From Octopus bimaculoides (lineage: Eukaryota): DNA of 35,969 nt. Shown piece after piece: positions 21,421 to 33,425 of the stretch. The notes beneath the pieces were generated by a model. The model was not told where the DNA came from, made no database searches, and saw only the letters and a list, made by a program, of their open reading frames with translations. Location: contig NC_068986.1 of the NCBI RefSeq assembly GCF_001194135.2, positions 26,648,037 through 26,684,005 of the forward strand. The letters run 5' to 3'. The stretch's first letter is position 1; each line of letters opens with the position of its first letter. Both the position numbers and the translations under genes were made by a program.

Positions 21421-21934
21421 AAGAGAGCGAGAGAGAGAGTTAGTGAAAGCCTACCCTCAAGGTACAAGGTATGAGAGAGAGAATAGAGATAGAGAAACAG
21501 AAAAAGTGGGTGGGTAAATATCACTCATTCTTCAAGTAAAACCTCATAAACCTCATCTTCAAAGTGAGAAGGGTGTAGTTGAAAAAATTAACTGGTGCCG
21601 TCGAACGAAACGTCACGTGATATTTGTCCCGCCAATGTTGCCGTATAAATGGTTGGGCGTGGTAACAATCTCTGAGTAACGCCGGAGTAAATCATTATAT
21701 TTGAACGAATAAGCTCTAATTATTTAGTTATACTGGTGACGGTGGTACGTTTTAAAAGACTCGATTTGCGGATGTGTAAAATATGGGAGTATGTTTTTGA
21801 AAAGTAACGGAATAATTTAGCAATTTGCTTGACAGTCATGTTCGACCCCACAACTCGGCACATTGTGCAAATGTATTGTGCATTCTACCATAGTTCTGGA
21901 TTGCATTAGCTGGTGAGTGGACAGAATATGTGTA

Positions 21935-22130
21935 ACAGTCGATCAGCTGAACTGTGTAAATGAAGTTTAAACGGTTAGCTTTGTCACACACTGTGTCAAG
22001 CTGGGTTTTGCTTCAGTATTACATTAAAGCTATAAGGGTATGTGGAATACTCAGTCAATTTCTATAATAATTCATGAATAGGTAGTCTCATTGACCGACA
22101 AACTGGAATACGCGTCATGGAAACCAACGG
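21935..22130 (+). mobile_element. Decayed 3' body of SINE family S3
   Basis: TAGCTTTGTCACACACTGTGTCAAGCTG...TAAGGGTATGTGGAATACTCAGTCA...AAACTGGAATACGCGTC. Confidence 0.55.
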
Positions 22131-22201
22131 AAGATCTTTTTTTTTTTTTCTTACATCACGTTTGAAGATTATAAGATTTATGAAAATATGTATTGAAATG
22201 A

Positions 22202-22410
22202 AGGCAACTAGTTGGCAGAATCGCGCTAGGCAAAGTACTTAGCAGTATTTCGTCCGTCTTTACGTTCTGAGTTCAAATTCCGCTGAAGTCGACTTGGTTT
22301 TTCATACAACTACGAGTCTGTAAAATAAGTATCCGTTACGTACTGGAATCGAGGTAATCGACTTACCCCACTCTCAGAAATTGCTGGCCTTGTGCTAAAA
22401 TTTGAAACCA
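22202..22410 (+). mobile_element. Full-length SINE family S2
   Basis: GGCAACTAGTTGGCAGAATCG...ATTTCGTCCGTCTTTACGTTCTGAGTTCAAATTCCGCTGAAGTCGAC...AAATTGCTGGCCTTGTGCTAAAATTTGAAACC. Confidence 0.9.
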
Positions 22411-22429
22411 ATATGTACTGAAATGAGTA

Positions 22430-25277
22430 AAGTGAGTATTGGGCATGGATTCGTGTGACGGGAAAGTAGTGTTACTTGGGAAATCCTTGGGTTGCAAGAT
22501 ACTAAGGCCTAGACGGTAAGCTGGTAGTCCTGGCAGCCAATGTCGTGACTTTAGTCTCGTGGCCACTTTTGTCCCAACGGGTACTAGAGGCCAGATTTCT
22601 TCAGATATCTAGAGGCATTCCTGGGGACGTCCCCACCACTATTATTAGCGAGGGACTGAAATTGTATTTTAGATGCATGGAAGAACTGTGTGAAACTAGC
22701 GCATAAGAGAAGAGGATGAAAAAGCCTAAAAAATATGCTCAGAAATGTCAAGTTGTCTGAAGGTACCGACTTGGATTTCTCTGATGTACTAGTGTAGACA
22801 TAGAGCAATCACTGCCAGATCATACCTAGACAGAATATTTGTTAGGCCAACGGATAGGAATAGTGTAAGATGTCCACAGTTCAAACTGGTCGGCTAATAC
22901 AGACCACAGAGTTATGATCTGCTCGGTCGACTTATATTGGACCCATAGACAGGGTCCCAGTTAATGGAAGTTGAACATGTTCTTATTGGCACACAAAGAC
23001 AATAAGTATTTGATTAGTGAACTTGTTGAACGGCAGTTAACGTAAGCAATCGTCAACAATCGGTAGTGGGGCACTCTGAAGAGAGCGATTAGAGCAGAAT
23101 CGATAGCGTTTAACAAAGAGCTAGCAATAGAGAGAAACAGATTAAAAGGGAGAATTCGTCGGTACTCAAGAAGAGAACGTTTAGTAAGGCATCGCGACCG
23201 ACCTGTTAGTGGCGAGAAGATCTTTGACCATTTCTTCGAACTGAAACACAAAGGCTGCGCTGTCAGAGCCCGTGTTCTTAATTACGAGGGAACAAAAGTT
23301 GTCTGATGATTTCGAGAGCGAGAGGCGCGACGTGGCAACAAGCCACAATCAGTTCTTTGACAGTTCGGGACGGGCGCGTGCTACTGATCTGCTTTCAAGC
23401 AGATGTGTACGGCTTTCCAGAAGAACTATGCCCGACTGGACGGGGCAGGCGATGGGTCAGAGACGGTAACAAACTTTAGTTCTTAACTCGAGGACCTACT
23501 GCAGAAGATGTAATGTCCAGTGAAAAACTGACAACAGCTGCTAAAATTCACGATGCGATGAGCTGTCGCACATGGTGCAAAAAGCCCGGTTTGGATGATC
23601 TACTCTACAAATTATATAAGTTCATGCCAGATTTGTTTGGTGACCTCTTGGCAGATGTCTACCGCAACTAGGCAGCAGAATGGAACAATTCTTAGAACTG
23701 TGAGCCGGGAAGTGGTATCGCTGCTTTAAAAGGATACCAACAAAGGGGATGTGGTAGGTAACCTTCAGCTCATAATTTTGTTAATCACAGAGTTGGCGCT
23801 TGTTGTCGATGATTTGGTCGGGGAAATGCAAACGTACGCGATCCAATCCATCCACAACAATTTCCACCTTATGCAATACATCATACAGAGGACTGGAATC
23901 AAGCTGGCTTTGGTGGGACCCTAATCAATTTGGATCAGTCGAAAGCTTTACTTGAAAGCCATTCAAAATTCAGTCGAGTTCGGACTCGTTTTCGGAGGCT
24001 GGATCCCTACAATGCACAGCAGTATCCGCTTAGTGGTCAAAGTAAATCGCGACCACTCGGAACCATTTCGCATCGCACACTCGATTCGTCAGGGCTACTC
24101 ATTCTCGCTTTTACTGTATCTGTTGTGGAAACTGGATCAGTTGAGGAGACAACCGTCTCGAACTAGGGCCCGAAAGGGCTGTGTCGGCGTACTCGGAAAA
24201 CATCACCATCATAGTGTTGGACACCACCAAAATGAAGACGGTCGGCACCATTCTAAGGGAATGCGAGATGGTGACAGAGTCCATGATCAACGCGCACTAG
24301 TCGGTGGACTTGAGGTTGGGCACCTGGAGTGAGACAAGCCGTGCTCTCAGACGGCGTCGTAGAACGCTGGACGTCTGGTTCGATCCCAACATCCAGATGG
24401 ATAGGAACTGGGACGAAGAGGCGAATATGGCCAAGTCTTGGTTAGAAATTAACTGACAGAAAGTAGTTCCTGAAAGGGCAGGCGGAGGTGACGAATGCCT
24501 GCATTTTTTCTGTTATCGTTTGCCGCCTGACCGTCGTGCCAGTTATTATCTGATCAGATTGGAGCGTTTGTCATTCAATTTCTTGTGGAAAGGACGCTTT
24601 CCGCTGGTTAAGAGGTCCATCTGCTGCCAGCAAGTGTGTGCTCCAGAGGACTTTCTGATCGAGGACTACTATGGATAATTTCCAGGAATCCTTGGCCCCG
24701 CAGTGCTACCGAGGAGCGCAACTGGTTTAACATGAATTCTGCAGTCACAACTGACTTGTAGGGTCATGTCGAACAGCTGTTGTCACGAGTGGGATGGGTA
24801 CAGTTATCAGTTGAGCCCTTGGTGACGTTTACTCTTCCGCCTACCTTTAAACGGGTAAGGAAGGCAGTTTTCCTTTGTCTGATGGCTATAATGAAAGAGG
24901 TCGTGTGATGGATGAGGCTGAGAGGACACAGACCCAGACTTTCCTCTTGGGTAAAACCCTCATCGATTTTTTTTCAAGGTGAGGGTGAAGAGTGAGACGC
25001 TGTCCTCGAGTGAATTTATTGAAAGATAGGTGAAAGTAGTAAAAATGGCAAGAGTGAATGGCACCACTTTTGAGTATATGCCTTAAGTCGGAGTGAAAGA
25101 AAAATGGAGAGGTTGCGTGCTCCTGATGTTCAGGGAGATCTTGGATGGTGGAGCTTCCTTGATTACCGTAGAAGTCCTTCTATATCAAGAGGACTGCATT
25201 GTCGTCATCTTTGTTTTTCTGATGCTGTATACCAATATACACTTGCATTCATTACTTTTTACTTTTATACACCTTAA
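22430..25277 (+). mobile_element. 5'-truncated, heavily mutated L1/Tx1-clade LINE ORF2 (AP endonuclease plus RT)
   Basis: Motifs in order, broken by stops and frameshifts: GD*NCILD, YLDRIFVR, TDHRV...QGPS*WKLN..LL, KHKGCAVRARV, KKPGLDDLLY...MPDLFGDLLADVY, NLDQSKA, RQGYSFSLLLY, FLWKGR.PLVKRSICCQ. Confidence 0.88.
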
Positions 25278-26264
25278 NNNNNNNNNNNNNNNNNNNNNNN
25301 NNNNNNNNNNNNNNNNNNNNNNNNNNNNNNNNNNNNNNNNNNNNNNNNNNNNNNNNNNNNNNNNNNNNNNNNNNNNNNNNNNNNNNNNNNNNNNNNNNNN
25401 NNNNNNNNNNNNNNNNNNNNNNNNNNNNNNNNNNNNNNNNNNNNNNNNNNNNNNNNNNNNNNNNNNNNNNNNNNNNNNNNNNNNNNNNNNNNNNNNNNNN
25501 NNNNNNNNNNNNNNNNNNNNNNNNNNNNNNNNNNNNNNNNNNNNNNNNNNNNNNNNNNNNNNNNNNNNNNNNNNNNNNNNNNNNNNNNNNNNNNNNNNNN
25601 NNNNNNNNNNNNNNNNNNNNNNNNNNNNNNNNNNNNNNNNNNNNNNNNNNNNNNNNNNNNNNNNNNNNNNNNNNNNNNNNNNNNNNNNNNNNNNNNNNNN
25701 NNNNNNNNNNNNNNNNNNNNNNNNNNNNNNNNNNNNNNNNNNNNNNNNNNNNNNNNNNNNNNNNNNNNNNNNNNNNNNNNNNNNNNNNNNNNNNNNNNNN
25801 NNNNNNNNNNNNNNNNNNNNNNNNNNNNNNNNNNNNNNNNNNNNNNNNNNNNNNNNNNNNNNNNNNNNNNNNNNNNNNNNNNNNNNNNNNNNNNNNNNNN
25901 NNNNNNNNNNNNNNNNNNNNNNNNNNNNNNNNNNNNNNNNNNNNNNNNNNNNNNNNNNNNNNNNNNNNNNNNNNNNNNNNNNNNNNNNNNNNNNNNNNNN
26001 NNNNNNNNNNNNNNNNNNNNNNNNNNNNNNNNNNNNNNNNNNNNNNNNNNNNNNNNNNNNNNNNNNNNNNNNNNNNNNNNNNNNNNNNNNNNNNNNNNNN
26101 NNNNNNNNNNNNNNNNNNNNNNNNNNNNNNNNNNNNNNNNNNNNNNNNNNNNNNNNNNNNNNNNNNNNNNNNNNNNNNNNNNNNNNNNNNNNNNNNNNNN
26201 NNNNNNNNNNNNNNNNNNNNNNNNNNNNNNNNNNNNNNNNNNNNNNNNNNNNNATATATATATA

Positions 26265-26462
26265 TGTGCCATCATCATCATCAGCAGTATTATCATCATT
26301 TAACAACTGTTTTCCATGCTGACGTAAGTTGGACGGTTTGACTGGACCAGGCAATCCGGAGACTGCACCAGGATCCGATTTTCTGTTTTGGCAAGGTTTC
26401 TACGGCTGGATGCCCTTCCTAACGCCAACCACTTCACAGAGTATACTGAGTGCTTTTCACGT
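26265..26462 (-). mobile_element. Retroposon family S4
   Basis: (CAT)n...TTTAACAACTGTTTTCCATGCTG...GGTTTCTACGGCTGGATGCCCTTCCTAACGCCAACCAC...GTGCTTTTCACGT. Confidence 0.85.
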
Positions 26463-26470
26463 AAACATGT

Positions 26471-26638
26471 ACACACGACGGGCTTCCGCACAGTTTCTGT
26501 CAACCAAATGACACTCATAAAGCAGTGGTCACATCGGGGCTATAGTAGCAGTTACTTGCCCAAGGTGCCGTGCAACATAACTCCCAAAACTATGGAGTTC
26601 CAACGCGAAATCCTTAACCACAGGGTCATGCCTGTGCC
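26471..26638 (-). mobile_element. SINE family S1 5' half
   Basis: ACGACGGGCTTC...GGCTATAGTAGCAGTTACTTGCCCAAGGTGCC...CCTTAACCACAGGGTCATGCCTGTGCC. Confidence 0.75.
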
Positions 26639-26924
26639 CTGGCAACAAAAAGGGGAGAAAAGTTACAATTCTCAGAGACCCCCACACCCCAATTTGTCTT
26701 CACTTCCAGACACTCAACCAAACCAACTTATTGTTTTGCCGACTCGTTTTTATTCATTGGCAATACTGTCAAATCATACATCTTTCAACTTACACCACTG
26801 CTAGTTCATATTGTCTTAGACAATTTTTTTTTTATCAGCCTTTTTTCGATTCGTGACCGTCCCAATTCCAGTTAGGGTAGTGTTAGGAATCTGATAAGGC
26901 TTGCCAGTAAACATTGACACTTAA

Positions 26925-27092
26925 TAAGTAATACAAACCAACGCCGAGGAAGCCTCTCGGTGGTCGTTCGACCTACCTTCAAGAAATAGCCAAACCCCCC
27001 GTCAAGACGCATCATAACACAGGGGTGGGGTGTTTTTTTTTTAGATAATGCATTCAGTCCACAGAAGAAGAAGAAGAAGAAGAAGAAGAAGA
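26925..27092 (+). mobile_element. Partial family S5-like repeat ending in (GAA)n
   Basis: CCAACGCCGAGGAAGCCTC..GGTGGTCGTTCGACCT...GAAATAGCCAAA resembles 5505-5570 and 18050-18110. Confidence 0.4.
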
Positions 27093-27643
27093 NNNNNNNN
27101 NNNNNNNNNNNNNNNNNNNNNNNNNNNNNNNNNNNNNNNNNNNNNNNNNNNNNNNNNNNNNNNNNNNNNNNNNNNNNNNNNNNNNNNNNNNNNNNNNNNN
27201 NNNNNNNNNNNNNNNNNNNNNNNNNNNNNNNNNNNNNNNNNNNNNNNNNNNNNNNNNNNNNNNNNNNNNNNNNNNNNNNNNNNNNNNNNNNNNNNNNNNN
27301 NNNNNNNNNNNNNNNNNNNNNNNNNNNNNNNNNNNNNNNNNNNNNNNNNNNNNNNNNNNNNNNNNNNNNNNNNNNNNNNNNNNNNNNNNNNNNNNNNNNN
27401 NNNNNNNNNNNNNNNNNNNNNNNNNNNNNNNNNNNNNNNNNNNNNNNNNNNNNNNNNNNNNNNNNNNNNNNNNNNNNNNNNNNNNNNNNNNNNNNNNNNN
27501 NNNNNNNNNNNNNNNNNNNNNNNNNNNNNNNNNNNNNNNNNNNNNNNNNNNNNNNNNNNNNNNNNNNNNNNNNNNNNNNNNNNNNNNNNNNNNNNNNNNN
27601 NNNNNNNNNNNNNNNNNNNNNNNNNNNNNNNNNNNNNNNNNNN

Positions 27644-27866
27644 TATACACAACATATACGCGTGTGCGTATATGTTTGTGTATCTGTGTTTGTTCCCCAA
27701 CCATCGCTTGACAACCGATGTTGATGTGTTTACGTCCCCGTAACTTAGCTGTTCGGCAAAAGACCGATAGAATAATACTAGACTTAAAAAGACTTGGGGT
27801 CGATTTGTTCAACTGGAAGTGGTGTTCCAGCATGGCCGCAGTCAAAATGACTGAAACAAATAAAAA
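27644..27866 (+). mobile_element. SINE family S1 3' half
   Basis: CATCGCTTGACAACCGATGTTGATGTGTTTACGTCCCCGTAACTTAGC...CCAGCATGGCCGCAGTCAAAATGACTGAAACA. Confidence 0.88.
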
Positions 27867-28429
27867 ACATACATACATATATATATATATAGATATGAAA
27901 TTATATGCCCGTTTTGAGTTCTGCTTTCCTGTATCACACACACACACACACACACTCAATTTCACACGCTTTTTACTTGTTTCGTACCATTAATTATTTT
28001 CCGATTCAATCAGCACTGGACGTTTGACATTTAATAAACAAACGCGCAATCAACACAAACAGCATCGATGCGAGCCGACAATGGAAAGCATTATATGGTC
28101 GGTCAGCATGCTAGATGTAGCAGCTAGATTTTACTCAAATCTCACCTTACAGTCTGTAAACAAGAGACAGACAGACTGACAGTTAGACAGACAAAGACAT
28201 GGACGCGTTGGATGGTACAATCTTAAATATACTGTGCCTGAAAAAAAGATTTAAAAAAAGACGAGATGGCTATGGTTGGAATATTTTTATCATAGATCTA
28301 CCGGTGACGTCTCACTTAAGTTTAAATAACAGTAACAGTATCGACAGAATTATAATATTATTCTGCTTGTTAATATTAATAGTAGTTGTAGTACTTACGT
28401 GTGATCCACCAAAAAGTTTTTAAAATGCA

Positions 28430-28610
28430 GAGATATGGTAAGGACTTCTTATTGTGGCAAAAAGCCAGCTTTTTTTTCTCTCTTGTTTTTCTTTTTTTGG
28501 TAATAAAAGGGGCGTTTATTACAAGTCAACTAAAACGACTGCATTATCTTGTTGGTATTTATTATTTTGTTTCATTCACAACAGGATTTGAACTCAAAAC
28601 ATAAAAAAAG
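28430..28610 (-). mobile_element. Very decayed SINE family S2
   Basis: GGCAAAAGCCAGC...ACAGGATTTGAACTCAAAAC. Confidence 0.35.
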
Positions 28611-29159
28611 CAGCCAAAAATGGTTGCATTTAAAGTTTGTTGCTGTTGTTTTCTGGTTGATATTTTTTCTGTTTTCTCAGTTAAATACTGGATGATATTA
28701 CTTTATGTTTATAAAGGATCGTTTGAAAGAAAAGCCAACACCCACCGTCTGGATTATTTGTTCAATTACATATAATAATATATCATTTACCAGGTAAAAT
28801 AAATTAACGTGCATGTATGGATTGCAAATCTTGATTTTGTAGGTGGATGGTTTTCATTTCAACTTTACCTTCTATATATAGCTGTTTCTTAGAGACTGGT
28901 GCAAAAAAGTAGTGTTCTGTGTTCGGATAATACTTCACAGAGGTAAATAAAAAAAAAAATTTTGAATTAAAACAAAATGATGTCTTTTTAAAAATAGACA
29001 ATTATAAAGATTAAAATCCCCTGAGATATCCACGCGTTTTAATCCGTTGATGTTTTGAGTTGATATTCACAATATACAATTTCCGAAATGTTTCCAGTTC
29101 CTCGAAGTTCTTATGGCTGTTAAAAGTTCCTTATATTTTAATATACATAAATGATATAT

Positions 29160-29282
29160 GTTATAGATATATTTAGATATACATACATATGCATATAGGT
29201 ACTTATGTTAATATATCAACATACGCATGTGTATGCATGTATGTATGTATGTATGTATGTAGGTATGTATGTAGAGAGATAA

Positions 29283-29341
<59 letters not shown>

Positions 29342-29510
29342 TTGTAAATGTGTTTGTGTGTGCGTGTGTGTTTGAATTGTACGTATATGAATTATGTATT
29401 TATTAACACGAGGTATTATGTATGTAGGTACGTAAGCATAAATATGTTTGTGTGTGTAAGGGGCTAGTTATCAACTATATATATTCTCTCAGGTATACAT
29501 AAATACAAAC

Positions 29511-29549
<39 letters not shown>

Positions 29550-29600
29550 CACACACACACACTCAAGTATGTATGTATATATATATATTTATATTTATAT
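29160..29600. repeat. (GTAT)n, (GATA)n, (TA)n and (CA)n microsatellites
   Basis: Direct repeats, including about 16 GATA units at 29281-29342. Confidence 0.95.
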
Positions 29601-29859
29601 TATATATACTTGGATTGATCTTCGATTGACTGATATAAGTTAGGAAGAGTGATTTTTCATTGATAAAATGTAAAATGTATATAGGTGGGAGGGAGCAGAT
29701 AAAAAGAGATGGAAAGGAAATTGAGACACAGACAGACAGGTAGATTAGAAATTCCAACAAGTACACGATTGTGTCCGCTTCCTTTCACTCACAGTTTGTT
29801 TTGATTTCTATCCTTTAAATTTTCCATTCTATCCTTTAAATTTTCCATACAGAAGTTAT

Positions 29860-30110
29860 TGATAATATTATTATTGGAACTTTCATCAGACTTTCTGCGT
29901 CGTTGTTGTTATTGTTGTTGTTATTGTTGTCACTGCTGCTGCTGATACTGATAATAATATTAATTGTGATAACAGTAATGATTATAAATATGATAATAAT
30001 AATAATAATTAATAGTAACAACGGTGACTACAGAAATGGTGATGATTTTGATATTGATGATGTTTTGATGGATGATATAGGCAGAGAAGTTGATGGCTAG
30101 TAATAAGGTT
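29860..30110. repeat. Triplet low-complexity tract (TTG/AAT/GAT)
   Basis: Mixed trinucleotide repeats. Confidence 0.85.
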
Positions 30111-30284
30111 GATAGTCAGTGGTAACACTTTGTAATGAAGATCTTAGAGGTTGTGTTTGGAAAGAGTCCATAACTCTTGTCTTTCACACCTTTCCAAAAA
30201 CAAAAAAAAAATACCCGACGACGACGCCCGATCTTTTGAATGTAACGGGAATCAATAGAAACGCCGGCTTAATGGATCTGAGCG

Positions 30285-30735
30285 AGAGAGAGAGAACGAA
30301 AGAATAATAAGCAGAGATTGGGAGGGGGAGAAGGATGGGGAAGAAGGGAGTGAGTAAGGGTAGGAGGAGAAGAAGAATTGGAAAGAGGAAAGGAGGAGCG
30401 GGAGGAGGAGAGGAACGGAGAACGAGAGGATTGTGACAGAAAGAAGATGTGGATGGACAAATGCACACACATGTGCACACATACACACATACACATGCAC
30501 GCACGCAAATATACGCGCTCACGCAAACGTACACAGAAAGTGAAACAGGTAGATGGACAGTAAGAGAAGGAGAGAGAGAGAGAGAGAGGCGGGTAGAGGA
30601 AGCAGTGTCTCCTACTGCTGCTGCTGCTGCACTTGTTGCTGCAATAGAGAAGTAACCATCCTCCTCCTTTCTCTCTCTCTTTCTTTCCCCTCTCTCTGTT
30701 TTCTCTCCCCCTCTCTCTCTCTCTCTCTCTCTCAT
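30285..30735. repeat. Purine-rich (GA/GGA), (CA), (CTG) and (CT) low-complexity region
   Basis: Direct repeats. Confidence 0.8.
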
Positions 30736-30901
30736 CGTCTCTATCTCATCTCTCCATCAACTCATCTTGTCTGTAACAATTGCCCGATAACATGTTTACA
30801 ACTAGTGTTTACATTTTTACGTTCACACGTTATGCAAACATCTGTTTTCAACTTGTTGCTAATACATTGTGAACACAGAAATGTGTGATCTGTTATAAGC
30901 T

Positions 30902-30943
<42 letters not shown>

Positions 30944-31124
30944 TAATAGAAACACCCGGCGTTGCCCGGGAATGAAATTTTTCTTTATATATTGGAAGAA
31001 AAAAGCAAAATATGTCGTTTAGGAATTTGTTATTCTAAATTCAATTTATTCTTTAATTGGGAAATCAATTCCGAATTTATAATACGAAATAATAATAATA
31101 ATAATAATATTAATGATAATAATG

Positions 31125-31188
<64 letters not shown>

Positions 31189-31191
<3 letters not shown>

Positions 31192-31910
31192 GAGCACTCA
31201 GAGAGCGCAAACCTCCGCCAACGCAACATCAACGTCCTCTCAACGATTAATCGGAGGTGATTTTTAAAAATGAGAATATCTGAAATAAAATCGACTGCTC
31301 CCACAAACGAGAATACTAAAAATGGACCCGTTCGCTCTCAAACGGAAAAGTAATCCATTTATATGTATATTGAATGAGAGGTGAAGGAAGCGGAGATGAA
31401 ATACTAATACAGTGAAGGAGAAGTAGTGAGAGTAATAGCCATGACTGGGAAGGGGTGAGAGAAAGTAATGACTGTGAGAAAGAAGAAACGAAGTGGCAAA
31501 GAGAGCGTCGTATGAATGAGAAAAGGAGGGGTGATAGATGAATAACGAAGGAAGGGGTGAAAAAGCCGATAAACGGCGTTTGAAGCCTGAGTATATGTAT
31601 ATGTAAAAGAGAGGTATGTTTGCGTGTGTGTGTGTGTGTGTAGAATGGAAATGGGATGGTAATGTTCAACTGAAAATGTGTGAGTAAATGTGTGTATGTG
31701 TGTGCATGTACAAGAGAACTATGTGAAACTTTATATACATGTAAAATAAAGAAAATATAAAAAATAATCCAGAATCTAATGAGACCGTGCCAGTCACAAG
31801 GCTAAGCATCACTGAAAGTTTCATCCGAATCCACCCAGTAGTTCTTGAGATATCTTGTCCACGGACAAACAAACAAACAAACACGACTGAAAACAATACC
31901 TGGAGGTAAT
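31189..31910 (+). mobile_element. Non-autonomous Helentron/HINE-like element split into 31189-31340 and about 31755-31910
   Basis: 5' CAAGAGCACTCAGAGAGCGCAAACCTCCGCC. 3' AAAGTTTCATCCGAATCC...GAGATATC...(CAAA)n...AATACCTGGAGGTAA. Subterminal inverted ACCTCC/GGAGGT. Confidence 0.6.
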
Positions 31911-31951
31911 AAACGAAAAAACAAATTTTACCATTTTTATGTTGAAGGAAA

Positions 31952-32349
31952 TTACGTAAGAGCTTCTGGGTAAACAACATTCTTTGTTTTCTGGTTTGGA
32001 GCATACACAAATAGGTCTTGCAAACTACCTACGCTGGAGCAACCAACATAAAGGTGACCATGAGAAAAGCAAGCCAGTAGATTTCAATGTCTGGCCTTGA
32101 GCTTTATTAATAGACATTGCAATGCAAAGCCACACTGGAAATTGTGTTCGTTTGAACTCAAATGGCTTGTCTGTTGGTTTGATTGGAATTCTTGGAATGA
32201 AAACCTCTTCCTTCGCAGCACATCCAGTGATGATAGTAGCTTCTGTCATATTAGGTGATAATGTCTTCACAGTCAGCCTTGTGCCATTGCATAATTTAGG
32301 AGGATCTGAATTTCTTAGAAGCAGCATTGGGACTCTTACCTTCAGAAAA
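31952..32349 (-). pseudogene. Helitron PIF1-family helicase C-terminal fragment
   Basis: LKVRVPMLLLRNSDPPKLCNGTRL...VFIPRIPIKPTDKPFEFKRTQFPV.LCIAMSINKAQGQTLK, then after a small deletion GSLQDLFVYAPNQKTKNVVYPEALT* (stop at 31952-31954). Confidence 0.92.
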
Positions 32350-32612
32350 AGNNNNNNNNNNNNNNNNNNNNNNNNNNNNNNNNNNNNNNNNNNNNNNNNN
32401 NNNNNNNNNNNNNNNNNNNNNNNNNNNNNNNNNNNNNNNNNNNNNNNNNNNNNNNNNNNNNNNNNNNNNNNNNNNNNNNNNNNNNNNNNNNNNNNNNNNN
32501 NNNNNNNNNNNNNNNNNNNNNNNNNNNNNNNNNNNNNNNNNNNNNNNNNNNNNNNNNNNNNNNNNNNNNNNNNNNNNNNNNNNNNNNNNNNNNNNNNNNN
32601 NNNNNNNNNNNN

Positions 32613-32928
32613 GAAATTAACGTGCAAATGGCTGAGCACTCCACAGACACGTGTACCCTTAACGTAGTTCTCGGGGAAGATTCAGCGTGACACAGAGTGT
32701 GACAAGGCTGGCCCTTTGAAATACAGTTACAACAGAAATAGGAAGAAAGAGTGAGAGAAAGTTGTGGAGAAAGAGTACAGCAGGGTTCTCCACCATCCCC
32801 TGCCGGAGTCTCGTGGAGCTTTAGGTGTTTTCGCTCAATAAATACTCACAATGCCCGGTCTGGGAATCGAAACTGCGATCCTACGACCGCGAGTACGCTG
32901 CCCTAACCACTGGGCCATTGCGCCTCCA
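32613..32928 (-). mobile_element. Young SINE family S3 inserted in the Helitron helicase (3' end in gap)
   Basis: Near-identical to 19190-19495. Confidence 0.92.
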
Positions 32929-33019
32929 CAGTTTATAAAATAAATACAAGATAAAAAATTGTCTACTTTTATTATATTCATTATATATATTGTTTCCTGT
33001 ATAAATTAATATTACTAAG

Positions 33020-33090
33020 AAATATTACCAGGCCCTGGCACATTGGAAAAAACTGCCTGTACGCCACATCAGATAGTTTGAGAAGCACTG
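33020..33090 (-). mobile_element. hAT/Charlie-type MITE end inserted in the helicase
   Basis: Minus strand CAGTGCTTCTCAAACT begins exactly where helicase homology (..MEAKTLK) stops. Confidence 0.5.
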
Positions 33091-33425
33091 CTTTAAGGTC
33101 TTAGCTTCCATTGTATCTCTATGTGACAAGGTGCATTCAACCCAAAGGATAAGGTGGCATTGGCACAACACTTCTGCTGAACCTGAATCTTTGTGTTACA
33201 AATTGAACTGTCGTTTGTGACCAGGTTTAGTGGTAATTTAAAAGCAGAATGATCTGTTCATCCTCCTGAGAGAATGGTGACAGCGAAGCCAGACAATGGT
33301 ACAGCAACTGCTATTCATTTTTATTGCCTTACCTTGGAGAGGAGCAATGCTACAAATGTTTTGCTTGTGCTACCAGGAGCATCAAGAAAGAAAATTCCTC
33401 CGCTTTTTTCTGACGATTGTGGAAT
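33091..33425 (-). pseudogene. Helitron PIF1-family helicase N-terminal fragment (Walker A/B relics)
   Basis: GGIFFLDAPGSTSKTFVALLLSKVRQ*K*IAVAVPLSGFAVTILSGG*TDHSAFKLPLNL, then after a frameshift AEVLCQCHLILWVECTLSHRDTMEA. Confidence 0.9.

Larger units (their letters stand above)
30943..33425 (-). mobile_element. Helitron relic: 3' terminus, 3' UTR and PIF1 helicase, with nested insertions
   Basis: Minus-strand end CCCGG-GCAACG-CCGGG hairpin followed by TGTTTCTATTAG|T (canonical CTRR with one change). Helicase fragments lie upstream on the same strand. Confidence 0.75.
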
